Below, piece by piece: positions 1 through 8,233 of a DNA stretch of 50,776 nt (positions are counted from its first letter, which is position 1; each line of letters opens with the position of its first letter). A program made the translations under genes and the position numbers. Where the stretch lies: NCBI GenBank assembly GCA_009780415.1, contig WRAC01000017.1, forward strand, positions 1 through 50,776. Reading direction: 5' to 3'. Origin of the DNA: Defluviitaleaceae bacterium (GTDB lineage: Bacteria > Bacillota > Clostridia > Lachnospirales > WRAX01). The notes below the pieces were generated by a model. The model had not been told where the DNA came from. It made no database searches and saw only the letters and a list, made by a program, of their open reading frames with translations.

Positions 1-726
1 CTTCCCGCGTTTTTTTCCTTCCGCGTTTATTTCGTCTTGCTCCCGTACGGGCGGATTGCTGTCCGAAAGCGTTTTACCGTCCAGAAGCTGTATGATCCGG
101 CTGGCATAAGCGTTCGCCAGTTCCCCGTTGTGCGTAACCATAATAACCAGTCTTGTGGCTGAGATTTCCTTCAAAATTTCCATAACCTGGACGCTGGTGC
201 CGCTGTCCAATGAACCCGTCGGCTCGTCGGCAAGGATTATATCCGGGTTGTTCACAAGCGCCCGGGCGATTGCCACGCGCTGCATCTGCCCGCCGCTTAA
301 CTGGTTTGGCTTTTTCTTCATTTGGTCTTCAAGGCCCACGTCAATAAGCGCCTGTGCCGCGAGTTTGCGCCGTTCCGCGGGAGCTACGCCGCTAAGGGTA
401 AGCGCGATTTCGACGTTTTTCAGAACCGTCTGATGGGCTATAAGGTTATAATTTTGGAACACAAAGCCTATGGAACGATTGCGGTAGGCGTCCCAGTCCG
501 CGTCTTTATACTTTTTTGTGGACACGCCGTTAATAACCAAATCACCCTCGTCGTACCTATCCAGCCCACCGATAATGTTCAGTAGCGTCGTCTTGCCGCA
601 GCCCGAAGGCCCCAGCACGCAAACGAACTCGGCTTGCCGGAACCGGAAACTTACACCGCGCAGGGCATGAACCTCCATTGCCGCTCTATATGTCTTGTGT
701 ATTCCGTTTAGCTCTAATGTAATCAA
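1..726 (-). CDS. ABC transporter ATP-binding protein (partial; TTG start at 726, 3' end beyond window edge)
   Basis: Minus-strand translation reads [54 protein letters not shown]. There is a Walker [10 protein letters not shown] and a GGAGGG RBS upstream of the TTG. No stop codon occurs before position 1. The listed plus-strand ORFs 128-585 are antisense artefacts. Confidence 0.8.
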   Translation of the reverse strand, partial: MITLELNGIHKTYRAAMEVHALRGVSFRFRQAEFVCVLGPSGCGKTTLLNIIGGLDRYDEGDLVINGVSTKKYKDADWDAYRNRSIGFVFQNYNLIAHQTVLKNVEIALTLSGVAPAERRKLAAQALIDVGLEDQMKKKPNQLSGGQMQRVAIARALVNNPDIILADEPTGSLDSGTSVQVMEILKEISATRLVIMVTHNGELANAYASRIIQLLDGKTLSDSNPPVREQDEINAEGKKRGK

Positions 727-895
727 ATTATACCCTCCGATTATAAGACTAGCTATACTATACTATGATTAAATAATTAGGGCAACGGCAATTTTTTTGT
801 CGTATTAAAATAAAGCATAATTACCATAATTTAACATTATATACCCATCAAGCCGCATATAATAATACTTACGCAATTTCGGACAAGTAAAGGGA

Positions 896-3319
896 ATGGA
901 TTATATGGATAAAACCTCGGGAGAAAAACCGGGAGCGGACGGCATATTGGCACAGGCGGCGCAATCTTTGCGGCGCGGCGGCGCGGGGATTGGGCTGGCG
1001 GCGGCGTGTTTTTTTATGGGCAGGGCGCAAATTTACGGGGGCATATCGCCCTTAGTTATAGCCGGAGCGGCGACGGCGTTTTTAGAAGGTAAGCGGTTTT
1101 ACATATACGCTTTGGCAACGCTGGCGGGACTGGTTACGCGTTTCAGCGTCGAACACAGTATAAAATATTTCATAGCCATAGGGATTATGTGGTTTATAAA
1201 TATCTGCTTTAACGATAAGGCGAAAAAAATTGATTTGCTTGCCAAATGCGCTGCCGCCGGGATAATTATGCTGTTATCCGGGCTTGCTACGGCTGTTATA
1301 CGCGGGTTGGATCCTTATGGGCTGATGATATGTGTTCTGGAAGGCGTACTGGCCTTTTCACTGTCCTTCATTCTGGCTAAGGGGCGCGAGGCACTGGTGC
1401 AGACATATGCCGCCAGGAAGGAAAGCCTTAACTCCGAGGAACTGGTATGCGCGATGTTCTTTGCGGGCGGCGTGGTTATGGGGGCGGCGGATATTTGGGT
1501 GGGCTGGATTTCGTTGCGTTATATGCTCTGCGGTTTTCTGACGCTGCTGGTGCTGCGCGCCGCCGGTTCCGCCGCTATTGCCGCGGGGCTGGTGCTTGGT
1601 GTCTTAATGAACGCCGCGGGATACGAAGGGCATGGTTTTGCTCTGGTGCTGGCGGTTTCGGCACTTCTATGCGGTTTCATCAAGAATGACCATAAAGCGG
1701 CGCAAGCCGGGGCCTTTACGGGCATTGCGGCTGTCCTTTCCTTATATTTCGGACTGTTCAGCATACCTCTTGTGATTTCTTTGGTTTTAGCTTCTTTACT
1801 CTTCTTTTTCCTGAATACCCACCGCTTGCTTGCCGGCGCGCGGGAGATGATGACGCCGGCGGGAATCAGCGCCGGCGAATATTACAGCAGGGTCGGGGCC
1901 ATGGCTTCCGCCAGGCTCCAAGGCGCGGCGGCTTCTTTTTCCAAGCTTGCCAAAACCTTCGGCGGCCTGAGCAAGCCGCGTACCGGACTAACCATGCCCG
2001 AGGTGCGAAGCCTCCTTGACGATGTTATCGCAAAAAGCTGCGCGGAATGCGTAAAGAGTTACGTATGCTGGGAGCAAGACTTTTACGACACTTACCAAAA
2101 GGCCTTTGAAGCCTTGAAAAACTGCGATGTCCTGCCCGTGGCGGAGGTTGAGTCGCATCCCATCATGGACTTCTGCATAAGGCGCACAGAGTTTTACGGC
2201 AACATCCGTCATTTCTTCGAGCTGTACCGCAACGACTTAAAATGGCGCAATTATCTTAGCGAGAGCCGTTATATGGCGCAAGTCCAACTAACCGCCGCCG
2301 CCGGGGTAATCGGCGAGCTGGCGGGCGGGCTGAATTTCGGCGGGCGTTTTGACTGGGAGCTGGAAAGGAAGCTGCGTCAGGCTTTCATAAAAAAAGGGAT
2401 CCCGGTGTTGAACATAATCGTGGTTGTGGATAAGGAAGGGCGGTACGAGGCGGAGATTACGCATAAATCTTGCGGTTCCAACCATAAATGCGCGGAGTAC
2501 GCGCTTATCGCCGCCGAAACCCTGGGCCGCAAGATGAGGAAACGGGAGCGGGAATGCGCAGTCACTGCCGTATCGCGGGCGGAAGGTAAGCGGGACGGGA
2601 TGGAAAAAGACGCCTGCCGTTTGCGGCTTGTTGAGGAAAGCCCCCTCAAAGCGGCTTGCGGGGCGGCATGTTCGGCCGTTTCAACGACGGGTGAGAGCGG
2701 CGACAGCTATTCCCACATGGAAAACAGAAACGGGCGCGTAACGTTGATATTATCTGACGGGATGGGAAAAGGCAAGGCCGCCGGCATTTCCAGCCGGGCA
2801 ACCGTCGAGCTTTTCGAGGATTTTATGGAAGCCGGTTTTGATAAAAACGTGGCGGCGCGGCTCATAAACTCAGCGCTTCTCCTAAAATCAATCGAGGGTA
2901 ACGAAAATTACTCCACGCTGGACGTCTGCTCCATCGACACCTACGCCGGCCGGGCGGAGTTCCTCAAGGTGGGCGCGTCCTCAACCTTCATCGTAAGCGG
3001 AGAGGGCGGGGCCAAAGAGGTTGAAGCCATCATGTCATACAACCTGCCCGTCGGCATACTGGAAAGCGTCGAGCCGGAAATAGCCAGCCGCCGCGTCAAG
3101 CACGGCGATATAATAATCATGATGACGGACGGCGTATTGGACAGCGTAGTCGGAATGGAGCAAAAAGAGGGCTGGGTAGTAGCCGCGATGAAAAAGCTCA
3201 CATCAACCAACCCGCAGCACATAGCCGATCACCTCCTCGCCTGCGCCCAGAAAAACAGCGCCGGGGCCGTAAGGGACGATATGACCGTGCTTGTTGCGCG
3301 TATATGGGAAAGGGGATAG
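896..3319 (+). CDS. spoIIE: Stage II sporulation protein E (SpoIIE), membrane-anchored PP2C-type serine phosphatase
   Basis: 807 aa. The N-terminal part has about 10 predicted TM helices. The C-terminal part is a PP2C phosphatase domain with motifs SGDSYS, ILSDGMGKG and MMTDGVLD. Length and architecture match SpoIIE. Confidence 0.9.
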   Translation: MDYMDKTSGEKPGADGILAQAAQSLRRGGAGIGLAAACFFMGRAQIYGGISPLVIAGAATAFLEGKRFYIYALATLAGLVTRFSVEHSIKYFIAIGIMWFINICFNDKAKKIDLLAKCAAAGIIMLLSGLATAVIRGLDPYGLMICVLEGVLAFSLSFILAKGREALVQTYAARKESLNSEELVCAMFFAGGVVMGAADIWVGWISLRYMLCGFLTLLVLRAAGSAAIAAGLVLGVLMNAAGYEGHGFALVLAVSALLCGFIKNDHKAAQAGAFTGIAAVLSLYFGLFSIPLVISLVLASLLFFFLNTHRLLAGAREMMTPAGISAGEYYSRVGAMASARLQGAAASFSKLAKTFGGLSKPRTGLTMPEVRSLLDDVIAKSCAECVKSYVCWEQDFYDTYQKAFEALKNCDVLPVAEVESHPIMDFCIRRTEFYGNIRHFFELYRNDLKWRNYLSESRYMAQVQLTAAAGVIGELAGGLNFGGRFDWELERKLRQAFIKKGIPVLNIIVVVDKEGRYEAEITHKSCGSNHKCAEYALIAAETLGRKMRKRERECAVTAVSRAEGKRDGMEKDACRLRLVEESPLKAACGAACSAVSTTGESGDSYSHMENRNGRVTLILSDGMGKGKAAGISSRATVELFEDFMEAGFDKNVAARLINSALLLKSIEGNENYSTLDVCSIDTYAGRAEFLKVGASSTFIVSGEGGAKEVEAIMSYNLPVGILESVEPEIASRRVKHGDIIIMMTDGVLDSVVGMEQKEGWVVAAMKKLTSTNPQHIADHLLACAQKNSAGAVRDDMTVLVARIWERG

Positions 3320-3328
3320 AATCGGTTG

Positions 3329-3357
3329 ACATATCCGGAAGGGGGATTTATAATGTT
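3329..3357 (+). promoter_or_regulatory. Sigma-A type promoter (TTGACA-17-TATAAT) for the aminotransferase gene
   Basis: TTGACA at 3329-3334, a 17-nt spacer, then TATAAT at 3352-3357. The GGGAGG RBS and ATG 3393 lie downstream. Confidence 0.6.
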
Positions 3358-3392
3358 AAACGTTGATATATAACCTTCGGGAGGTAAAGTTG

Positions 3393-4580
3393 ATGAATGT
3401 TTCAAAACGCATTGAGGCTATGCAGTATTCGCCTATCCGCAAGCTGGTCCCTTTTGCCGAGGCTGCCAAAAAACAGGGAAAAACGGTGTACCACCTGAAT
3501 ATAGGCCAGCCGGACATTGAAACGCCGCGTGAGTTTTTTGACGCTGTTAAGAATTTTGACGAGAAGGTGCTGGAATACGCGTTTTCACAGGGCATTCCGC
3601 AGCTTATCGACAGCTTTATCGAGTATTACAAGTTGTTCGGCGTGACCTATGGGAAGGATGAGATATTGGTTACGAACGGCGGCAGCGAAGCTTTGTTTTT
3701 CGCCCTTGTAGCCGTTTGCGATTATGGCGATGAGGTTATAGTTCCCGAGCCGTTCTACACCAATTACAACAGCTTCTCGAAATCGGCGGGCGCGGTTGTG
3801 GTGCCCGTGGCGACGCAGGCCTCCGACGGCTTTAAGCTGCCTCCCATTGATGCTATCGAAGGCAAGATAAATAGCAAAACCCGTGCTATCATGCTGTCTA
3901 ACCCGGGCAACCCGACAGGCGCCGTTTACGATATTGAGGATATGAACAAAGTCAAAGCCCTTGCGTTAAAGCATAACTTATATATAATCGCCGATGAGGT
4001 ATATAAGGAAATGGTGTACGACGGCCTTAAATTCACCAGCTTCTCGCAAATGGAAGGCATAGAGGACAGGGTTATCATCACCGATTCCATCTCGAAGCGT
4101 TACAGCGCTTGCGGCGCGCGGATAGGCTGCGTAGCCAGCAAGAACAAGGAAGTTATGAAGCAGATTTTGAAACTGTGCCAGGGCAGGCTGTGCGTCGCCA
4201 CCATTGAACAGGTCGGCGCGGCTGCGCTTTCGGCGGTTTCACCGCAATATATGGCGGATGTCATTAAGGAATACGAAAGCCGCCGCAACATCGTGTTCGA
4301 AGCGCTTAAACGCATAGACGGCGTGGTTTGCGAAAAACCCCACGGCGCTTTTTACATTATGGCCAAGCTGCCCGTAGCCGACGCGGATGATTTCGCAAAA
4401 TGGCTGCTGACAGATTTTTCCGTAGACAACGCCACGGTTATGGTCGCCCCCGGCGCCGGCTTCTACGCCACGGAAGGCCTGGGTAAGGACGAGATACGCA
4501 TATCGTATGTCCTGAAAGAGGATAAATTGAAAGCCGCTATGAATATCTTGGCGGAAGCGTTGAAGGCATATCAAGGTTAA
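3393..4580 (+). CDS. PLP-dependent aminotransferase, class I/II (aspartate/aromatic aminotransferase-like)
   Basis: The N-terminus reads MNVSKRIEAMQYSPIRKL. The PLP-lysine motif SISKRYSACGARIG is present and the protein is about 395 aa. The RBS gggagg precedes the ATG. The track ORF's TTG at 3363 is an upstream extension. Confidence 0.85.
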   Translation: MNVSKRIEAMQYSPIRKLVPFAEAAKKQGKTVYHLNIGQPDIETPREFFDAVKNFDEKVLEYAFSQGIPQLIDSFIEYYKLFGVTYGKDEILVTNGGSEALFFALVAVCDYGDEVIVPEPFYTNYNSFSKSAGAVVVPVATQASDGFKLPPIDAIEGKINSKTRAIMLSNPGNPTGAVYDIEDMNKVKALALKHNLYIIADEVYKEMVYDGLKFTSFSQMEGIEDRVIITDSISKRYSACGARIGCVASKNKEVMKQILKLCQGRLCVATIEQVGAAALSAVSPQYMADVIKEYESRRNIVFEALKRIDGVVCEKPHGAFYIMAKLPVADADDFAKWLLTDFSVDNATVMVAPGAGFYATEGLGKDEIRISYVLKEDKLKAAMNILAEALKAYQG

Positions 4581-4604
4581 TTATAGAAATTAATAAAAAA
4601 GTTA

Positions 4605-4633
4605 TTGACAAATCATTTTCAATGCTGTATCAT
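4605..4633 (+). promoter_or_regulatory. Sigma-A promoter driving the T-box leader (TTGACA-17-TATCAT)
   Basis: TTGACA at 4605-4610, a 17-nt spacer, then TATCAT at 4628-4633. Confidence 0.6.
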
Positions 4634-4639
4634 ACTACA

Positions 4640-4927
4640 AAAGGTTATGACGGAGAAAAAGATATCTTAACTCAGTATGCCGGCGCGCCGGCAATTAGAG
4701 ATACCGCGGTTGGTGAAAGCGGGTGCTGACGGATATATAAATACACTCCTGAACCGATACCCTGAAAAATTCTGAGTAAGGGTGTACGGATGCCCGCCGT
4801 TATACGGGCAGGGATTGTTTGATCCCGTATGAGGGGCGGCTTGTTAAAAGCCGCAATCAGGGTGGTACCGCGAATATACTTTCGTCCCTGAGCAAGCTGT
4901 TTTTGCTCATGGCCGGAAGTTTTTTTA
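4640..4927 (+). promoter_or_regulatory. T-box riboswitch leader, probable tyrosine specifier (UAC)
   Basis: The conserved T-box sequence AGGGTGGTACCGCG matches the consensus exactly at 4859-4872. Stem I shows a GA/K-turn-like start (ATGACGGAG), an AGAGA box at about 4695, and a GGTGAAA distal-loop-like motif. A specifier loop AUAAAUACA sits immediately 5' of the helix-closing CUCC (4746-4749), which pairs with GGAG (4652-4655). This places UAC followed by A as the specifier. CAGGG of the T-box can pair with CCCUG of the terminator's 5' arm, giving an antiterminator. An intrinsic terminator lies at 4879-4927. Confidence 0.7.
4879..4927 (+). terminator. T-box attenuator terminator (imperfect ~13-bp stem plus U7)
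   Basis: CTTTCGTCCCTGAGC pairs with GCTCATGGCCGGAAG and is followed by TTTTTTT, directly upstream of the RBS AGGAGG. Confidence 0.55.
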
Positions 4928-4953
4928 TGCAATTAAACAAAGGAGGAAGTAAG

Positions 4954-6402
4954 ATGTCAAAAGTAACATTATTTTCCGGTGAAAGCATACCATTGGAAAT
5001 GCACAAGCCGCGCATGGTTCAAAAAGTAAATCTGCTGCCCGTTGAAGAGCGCCTTAACACCATACGCGAGGCCGGGTTCAACACCTTCCTGCTGAGAAGC
5101 CGCGACGTATATCTGGACATGCTTACGGACAGCGGCACAAACGCCATGAGTGAGAACCAATATGCCGCCATGATGCAGGCGGATGACAGCTACGCCGGAT
5201 CCGAGACCTTTTACCGTCTTGAAAAGGTGTTACAGGATATTTTCGGTATGAAGCATTTCCTTCCCGCGCATCAGGGCCGCGCGTGCGAGCATATAATCGC
5301 GCGGGTACTCGTTGCGCCCGGTTCAACCGCTTTGACAAATTTTCATTTTACAACCACCAAGGCGCATATATCCATCGCCGGCGGCGCCCTTGAGGAACTG
5401 GTCAGCGCGGAGGGGCTTGAAATCACCAGCAGTCTGCCGTTTAAGGGAGATATTGATTTAGACATGCTTACGGAAGCCATTAAGCGGCTGGGCAAGGATA
5501 AAATCAGCTTCGTACGGCTTGAAGCGGGGACAAACCTTATCGGCGGTCAGCCCATATCAATGGAAAACATCCGCGAGGTATCCCGCATATGCCGCGCGGA
5601 GGGCATTACGCTGGTTATGGACGCAAGCCTCCTTGCCGATAACCTCTATTTCATCAAAACCCGCGACCCGGAGTTCCGCGATACCGGCATCATCGAAATA
5701 ACCCGCGAAATAGGCCGCCTTTCCGATATAATCTACTTCAGCGGGCGCAAACTGGGCGCGGCGCGCGGCGGCGGCATACTTGTAAACGACGATAAGATGT
5801 TTACCGACATGCGCGAGCTTGTGCCGCTGTACGAGGGTTTCCTCACTTACGGCGGTATGTCGGCGCGCGAAATGGAGGCTATGGCCGTCGGGCTTCTTGA
5901 AACATTGGACATTGATGTAATAAGCCAGACGCCCCTTTTCGTCGAAGCGCTGTGCAATGAATTACAGAGCAAGGGCATCCCTGTTGTGACCCCTCCCGGC
6001 GGCCTGGGCTGCCATGTGGACGCAAAGCAATTCTGCCCCGATATCCCGCAAGCCCAGTACCCCGCGGCTGCATTGTCGGCGGCCTTCTACATCGCGGGCG
6101 GTTTCCGCGGCATGGAACGCGGTACCGCAAGCGAACAGCGGAACGACGACGGTACCGAGCATTTCGCGCAGATGGAACTTGTGCGCCTTGCAATGCCCAA
6201 ACGCGTATTTTCCCTCTCCCAGGTAAAATACACTGCCGACCGCGTGGCCTGGCTGCACAAAAACCGCGGACTCATCGGCGGCTTGGTCTTCGCCGAGGAA
6301 CCAAAGGTGCTGCGCTTCTTCTTCGGGCGTTTGGCTCCGATTGGAGACTGGCCTGAGAAGCTGATGAAGAAGTTTAGGGAGGATTTTGGGGAGAGCTTAT
6401 AA
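4954..6402 (+). CDS. Beta-eliminating lyase family protein, most similar to tyrosine phenol-lyase / tryptophanase
   Basis: Motifs that align almost residue-for-residue with TPL/TnaA: FNTFLLRSRDVYLDMLTDSGTNAMSENQYAAMM, HQGR, KGDIDL, and YEGFLTYGGMSAREMEAMAVGL. The RBS AGGAGG sits 8 nt before ATG 4954. The track's upstream extension to 4819 lies inside the T-box leader and is rejected. Confidence 0.85.
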   Translation: MSKVTLFSGESIPLEMHKPRMVQKVNLLPVEERLNTIREAGFNTFLLRSRDVYLDMLTDSGTNAMSENQYAAMMQADDSYAGSETFYRLEKVLQDIFGMKHFLPAHQGRACEHIIARVLVAPGSTALTNFHFTTTKAHISIAGGALEELVSAEGLEITSSLPFKGDIDLDMLTEAIKRLGKDKISFVRLEAGTNLIGGQPISMENIREVSRICRAEGITLVMDASLLADNLYFIKTRDPEFRDTGIIEITREIGRLSDIIYFSGRKLGAARGGGILVNDDKMFTDMRELVPLYEGFLTYGGMSAREMEAMAVGLLETLDIDVISQTPLFVEALCNELQSKGIPVVTPPGGLGCHVDAKQFCPDIPQAQYPAAALSAAFYIAGGFRGMERGTASEQRNDDGTEHFAQMELVRLAMPKRVFSLSQVKYTADRVAWLHKNRGLIGGLVFAEEPKVLRFFFGRLAPIGDWPEKLMKKFREDFGESL

Positions 6403-6408
6403 TCTGAG

Positions 6409-6442
6409 GGCGGCTACAGGCCGCCCTTGCTTTATTCTTCGA
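6409..6442 (+). terminator. Rho-independent terminator (AGGGCGGC-loop-GCCGCCCT plus T-tract)
   Basis: An 8-bp GC stem followed by TGCTTTATTCTT, sitting between the convergent gene ends. Confidence 0.6.
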
Positions 6443-6712
6443 ATATATCCGCCAGATTTATTTCGCAGCCTTCCAAGACATGGACATTCATATCGGGAGC
6501 GCCCACGCAACCTTTTGCGTCGAGCTTAGATTTGTCGCATATGACCAGAATATCAGGTTGTACGATAATGTCATCTTTATCATCGGGATTTAGCCTTACA
6601 TCAAACGGAGCGGCATATACCTTGTATGGTTTTCATCCCAAGTAAGATAATCGGCATAAGTGTAAAGCTTACCCGGTTCTATCAGTTTTTTCGCATCGGT
6701 TTGAGTTTTCAT
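6432..6712 (-). pseudogene. Degenerate Uma2-family (PD-(D/E)xK) endonuclease remnant with a frameshift and internal deletions
   Basis: On the minus strand an RBS GGAGAGG precedes ATG 6712. Translation gives MKTQTDAKKLIEPGKLYTYADYLTWDENHTRY, then a stop. A second frame continues VYAAPFDVRLNPDDKDDIIVQPDILVICDKSKLDAKGCVGAPDM...EINLADIFEE. Both segments match Uma2 core motifs, but the total is under 100 aa against about 190 aa for intact proteins. Confidence 0.45.
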
Positions 6713-6722
6713 CACCTCTCCA

Positions 6723-8099
6723 TTATTTTATCACGGGAAGCGAATCAAAACCAGCCTGTAAATCCTCATCGGTCGGCGCATAGTCCGTTAAGCCTCCGCC
6801 GGTATAACTGCCATACGCCGCCATGTCGAAAAACCCTGTTCCCGAAAGGCCGAACACAATTGTTTTCTTTTCCCCGGTTTCCTTGCATTTAAGGGCTTCA
6901 TCCAGCGCGCATTTTATGGCGTGGGAGGATTCCGGCGCCGGTAGGGTGCCTTCGCAGCGGGCGAATTGTACGGCGGCTTCAAAAGCCTCGTTTTGTACGT
7001 AAGACCGCGCTTCGATATGTCCGTCGTGATAAAGCTTTGACAGTACGGGGCTCATGCCGTGATAGCGCAATCCCCCCGCGTGGCCCGGCGCGGGCATAAA
7101 CCCGCATCCCAGCGTATACATTTTTACAAGCGGGGTGGTTCTGCCGGTATCGCCGAAATCGTAGGCGTATTTGCCTCTGGTGAGGGTTGGGCAGGATGCC
7201 GGTTCAGCCGCGATAAAGCGCATGTTGTTTTTACCCGTTAATTTATCGGCTATAAAGGGCGACATCAGGCCGCCGAGGTTTGAGCCGCCGCCCGCGCAGC
7301 CGATGATGATATCCGGCTTGATGCCGTACATATCGCAAGCCGCCTTTGTTTCAAGGCCTATAACGCTTTGATGCATCAGCACATGGTCAAGGACGCTGCC
7401 AAGCACGTATTTGCAACCGGGTTTTTTTACGGCGGTTTCAATCGCCTCGGATATCGCGCAGCCCAAAGAGCCGCCGGTATCGGGGTTTTTAGCCAGAATC
7501 CCCCGTCCGGACTCCGTTGTGTCCGAAGGCGAAGGGGTTACCTTCGCGCCGTAGGTTTCCATAACCATTTTCCGATAAGGCTTTTGTTCCGCTGAGATTT
7601 TTACCATAAATACCTCAAGGTCAATGCCGTAATAGGCGCATGCCATGGACAAAGCCGTTCCCCACTGCCCCGCGCCTGTTTCGGTTGAAAGATGCGCCAA
7701 GCCCTGTTCCTTGGCGTAAAAAGCCTGGGCGGCGGCCGAATTCAATTTATGCGAACCGGAAGTGTTGTTACCCTCAAATTTGTAATAAATCGCAGCGGGC
7801 GTACCCAGCCTTTGCTCAAGACAGTAGGCGCGCACCAGAGGCGATGGGCGGTACATCCTGTAAAAACTCACCAATTCCTCTGGAATATCGATATATTCGT
7901 CTGTTGTGTTAAGCTCCTGATCAATCAGTTTATCGCAGAAAACGGGCGCAAGATCCTCTTTTGTACAGAGCTTAAGCGTTCCGGGGTGAAGCATTGGCTC
8001 GGGCAAGCATCCCATTTTCGCCATTACCGCGCGCAGATTATGCCAACAGCGCGGCGCGGCGCTCTCCGGCAGATAGATTTTATAAGGTACTCCGCTCAT
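6723..8099 (-). CDS. trpB: TrpB2-type tryptophan synthase beta subunit (stand-alone, PLP-dependent)
   Basis: Motifs YYKFEGNNTSGSHKLNSA and TETGAGQWGTALSMA, with a total of about 458 aa, are typical of the TrpB2 clade. Start ATG 8099 is preceded by GGAG. No trpA is adjacent. Confidence 0.85.
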   Translation of the reverse strand: MSGVPYKIYLPESAAPRCWHNLRAVMAKMGCLPEPMLHPGTLKLCTKEDLAPVFCDKLIDQELNTTDEYIDIPEELVSFYRMYRPSPLVRAYCLEQRLGTPAAIYYKFEGNNTSGSHKLNSAAAQAFYAKEQGLAHLSTETGAGQWGTALSMACAYYGIDLEVFMVKISAEQKPYRKMVMETYGAKVTPSPSDTTESGRGILAKNPDTGGSLGCAISEAIETAVKKPGCKYVLGSVLDHVLMHQSVIGLETKAACDMYGIKPDIIIGCAGGGSNLGGLMSPFIADKLTGKNNMRFIAAEPASCPTLTRGKYAYDFGDTGRTTPLVKMYTLGCGFMPAPGHAGGLRYHGMSPVLSKLYHDGHIEARSYVQNEAFEAAVQFARCEGTLPAPESSHAIKCALDEALKCKETGEKKTIVFGLSGTGFFDMAAYGSYTGGGLTDYAPTDEDLQAGFDSLPVIK

Positions 8100-8233
8100 A
8101 TTCTCTCCAATCCTTTCATTATAAAATAAAGCTAAAGCGAAAAAAGTTTTTTCAACCTTAACATAAGTATTGCGCTGTGTCAATAATTTGTGTTATTATG
8201 TTTTTTAACGTTATTTTTGGAAGGGTGAAATGT

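Noticed and set aside
128-585. Plus-strand ORFs 128-433 and 322-585
   Set aside because: They are antisense to a strongly conserved ABC ATPase reading frame (Walker A at about 600). They have no RBS and look like composition artefacts.
730-895. Possible Spo0A box (TTTCGGACA) upstream of spoIIE
   Set aside because: It is only a loose match to TGTCGAA, with one insertion. I could not find a convincing -35/-10 pair, so I did not call a promoter.
4819-4953. N-terminal extension of the lyase ORF (track start 4819)
   Set aside because: This region is the T-box leader, which contains the T-box motif and terminator. A strong RBS (AGGAGG) precedes ATG 4954, and homologs start at the MSKV position.
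6427-6892. Plus-strand ORFs 6427-6645 and 6626-6892
   Set aside because: They overlap the Uma2 remnant and the 3' end of trpB2 on the opposite strand. There is no RBS, and the region is better explained by minus-strand features.
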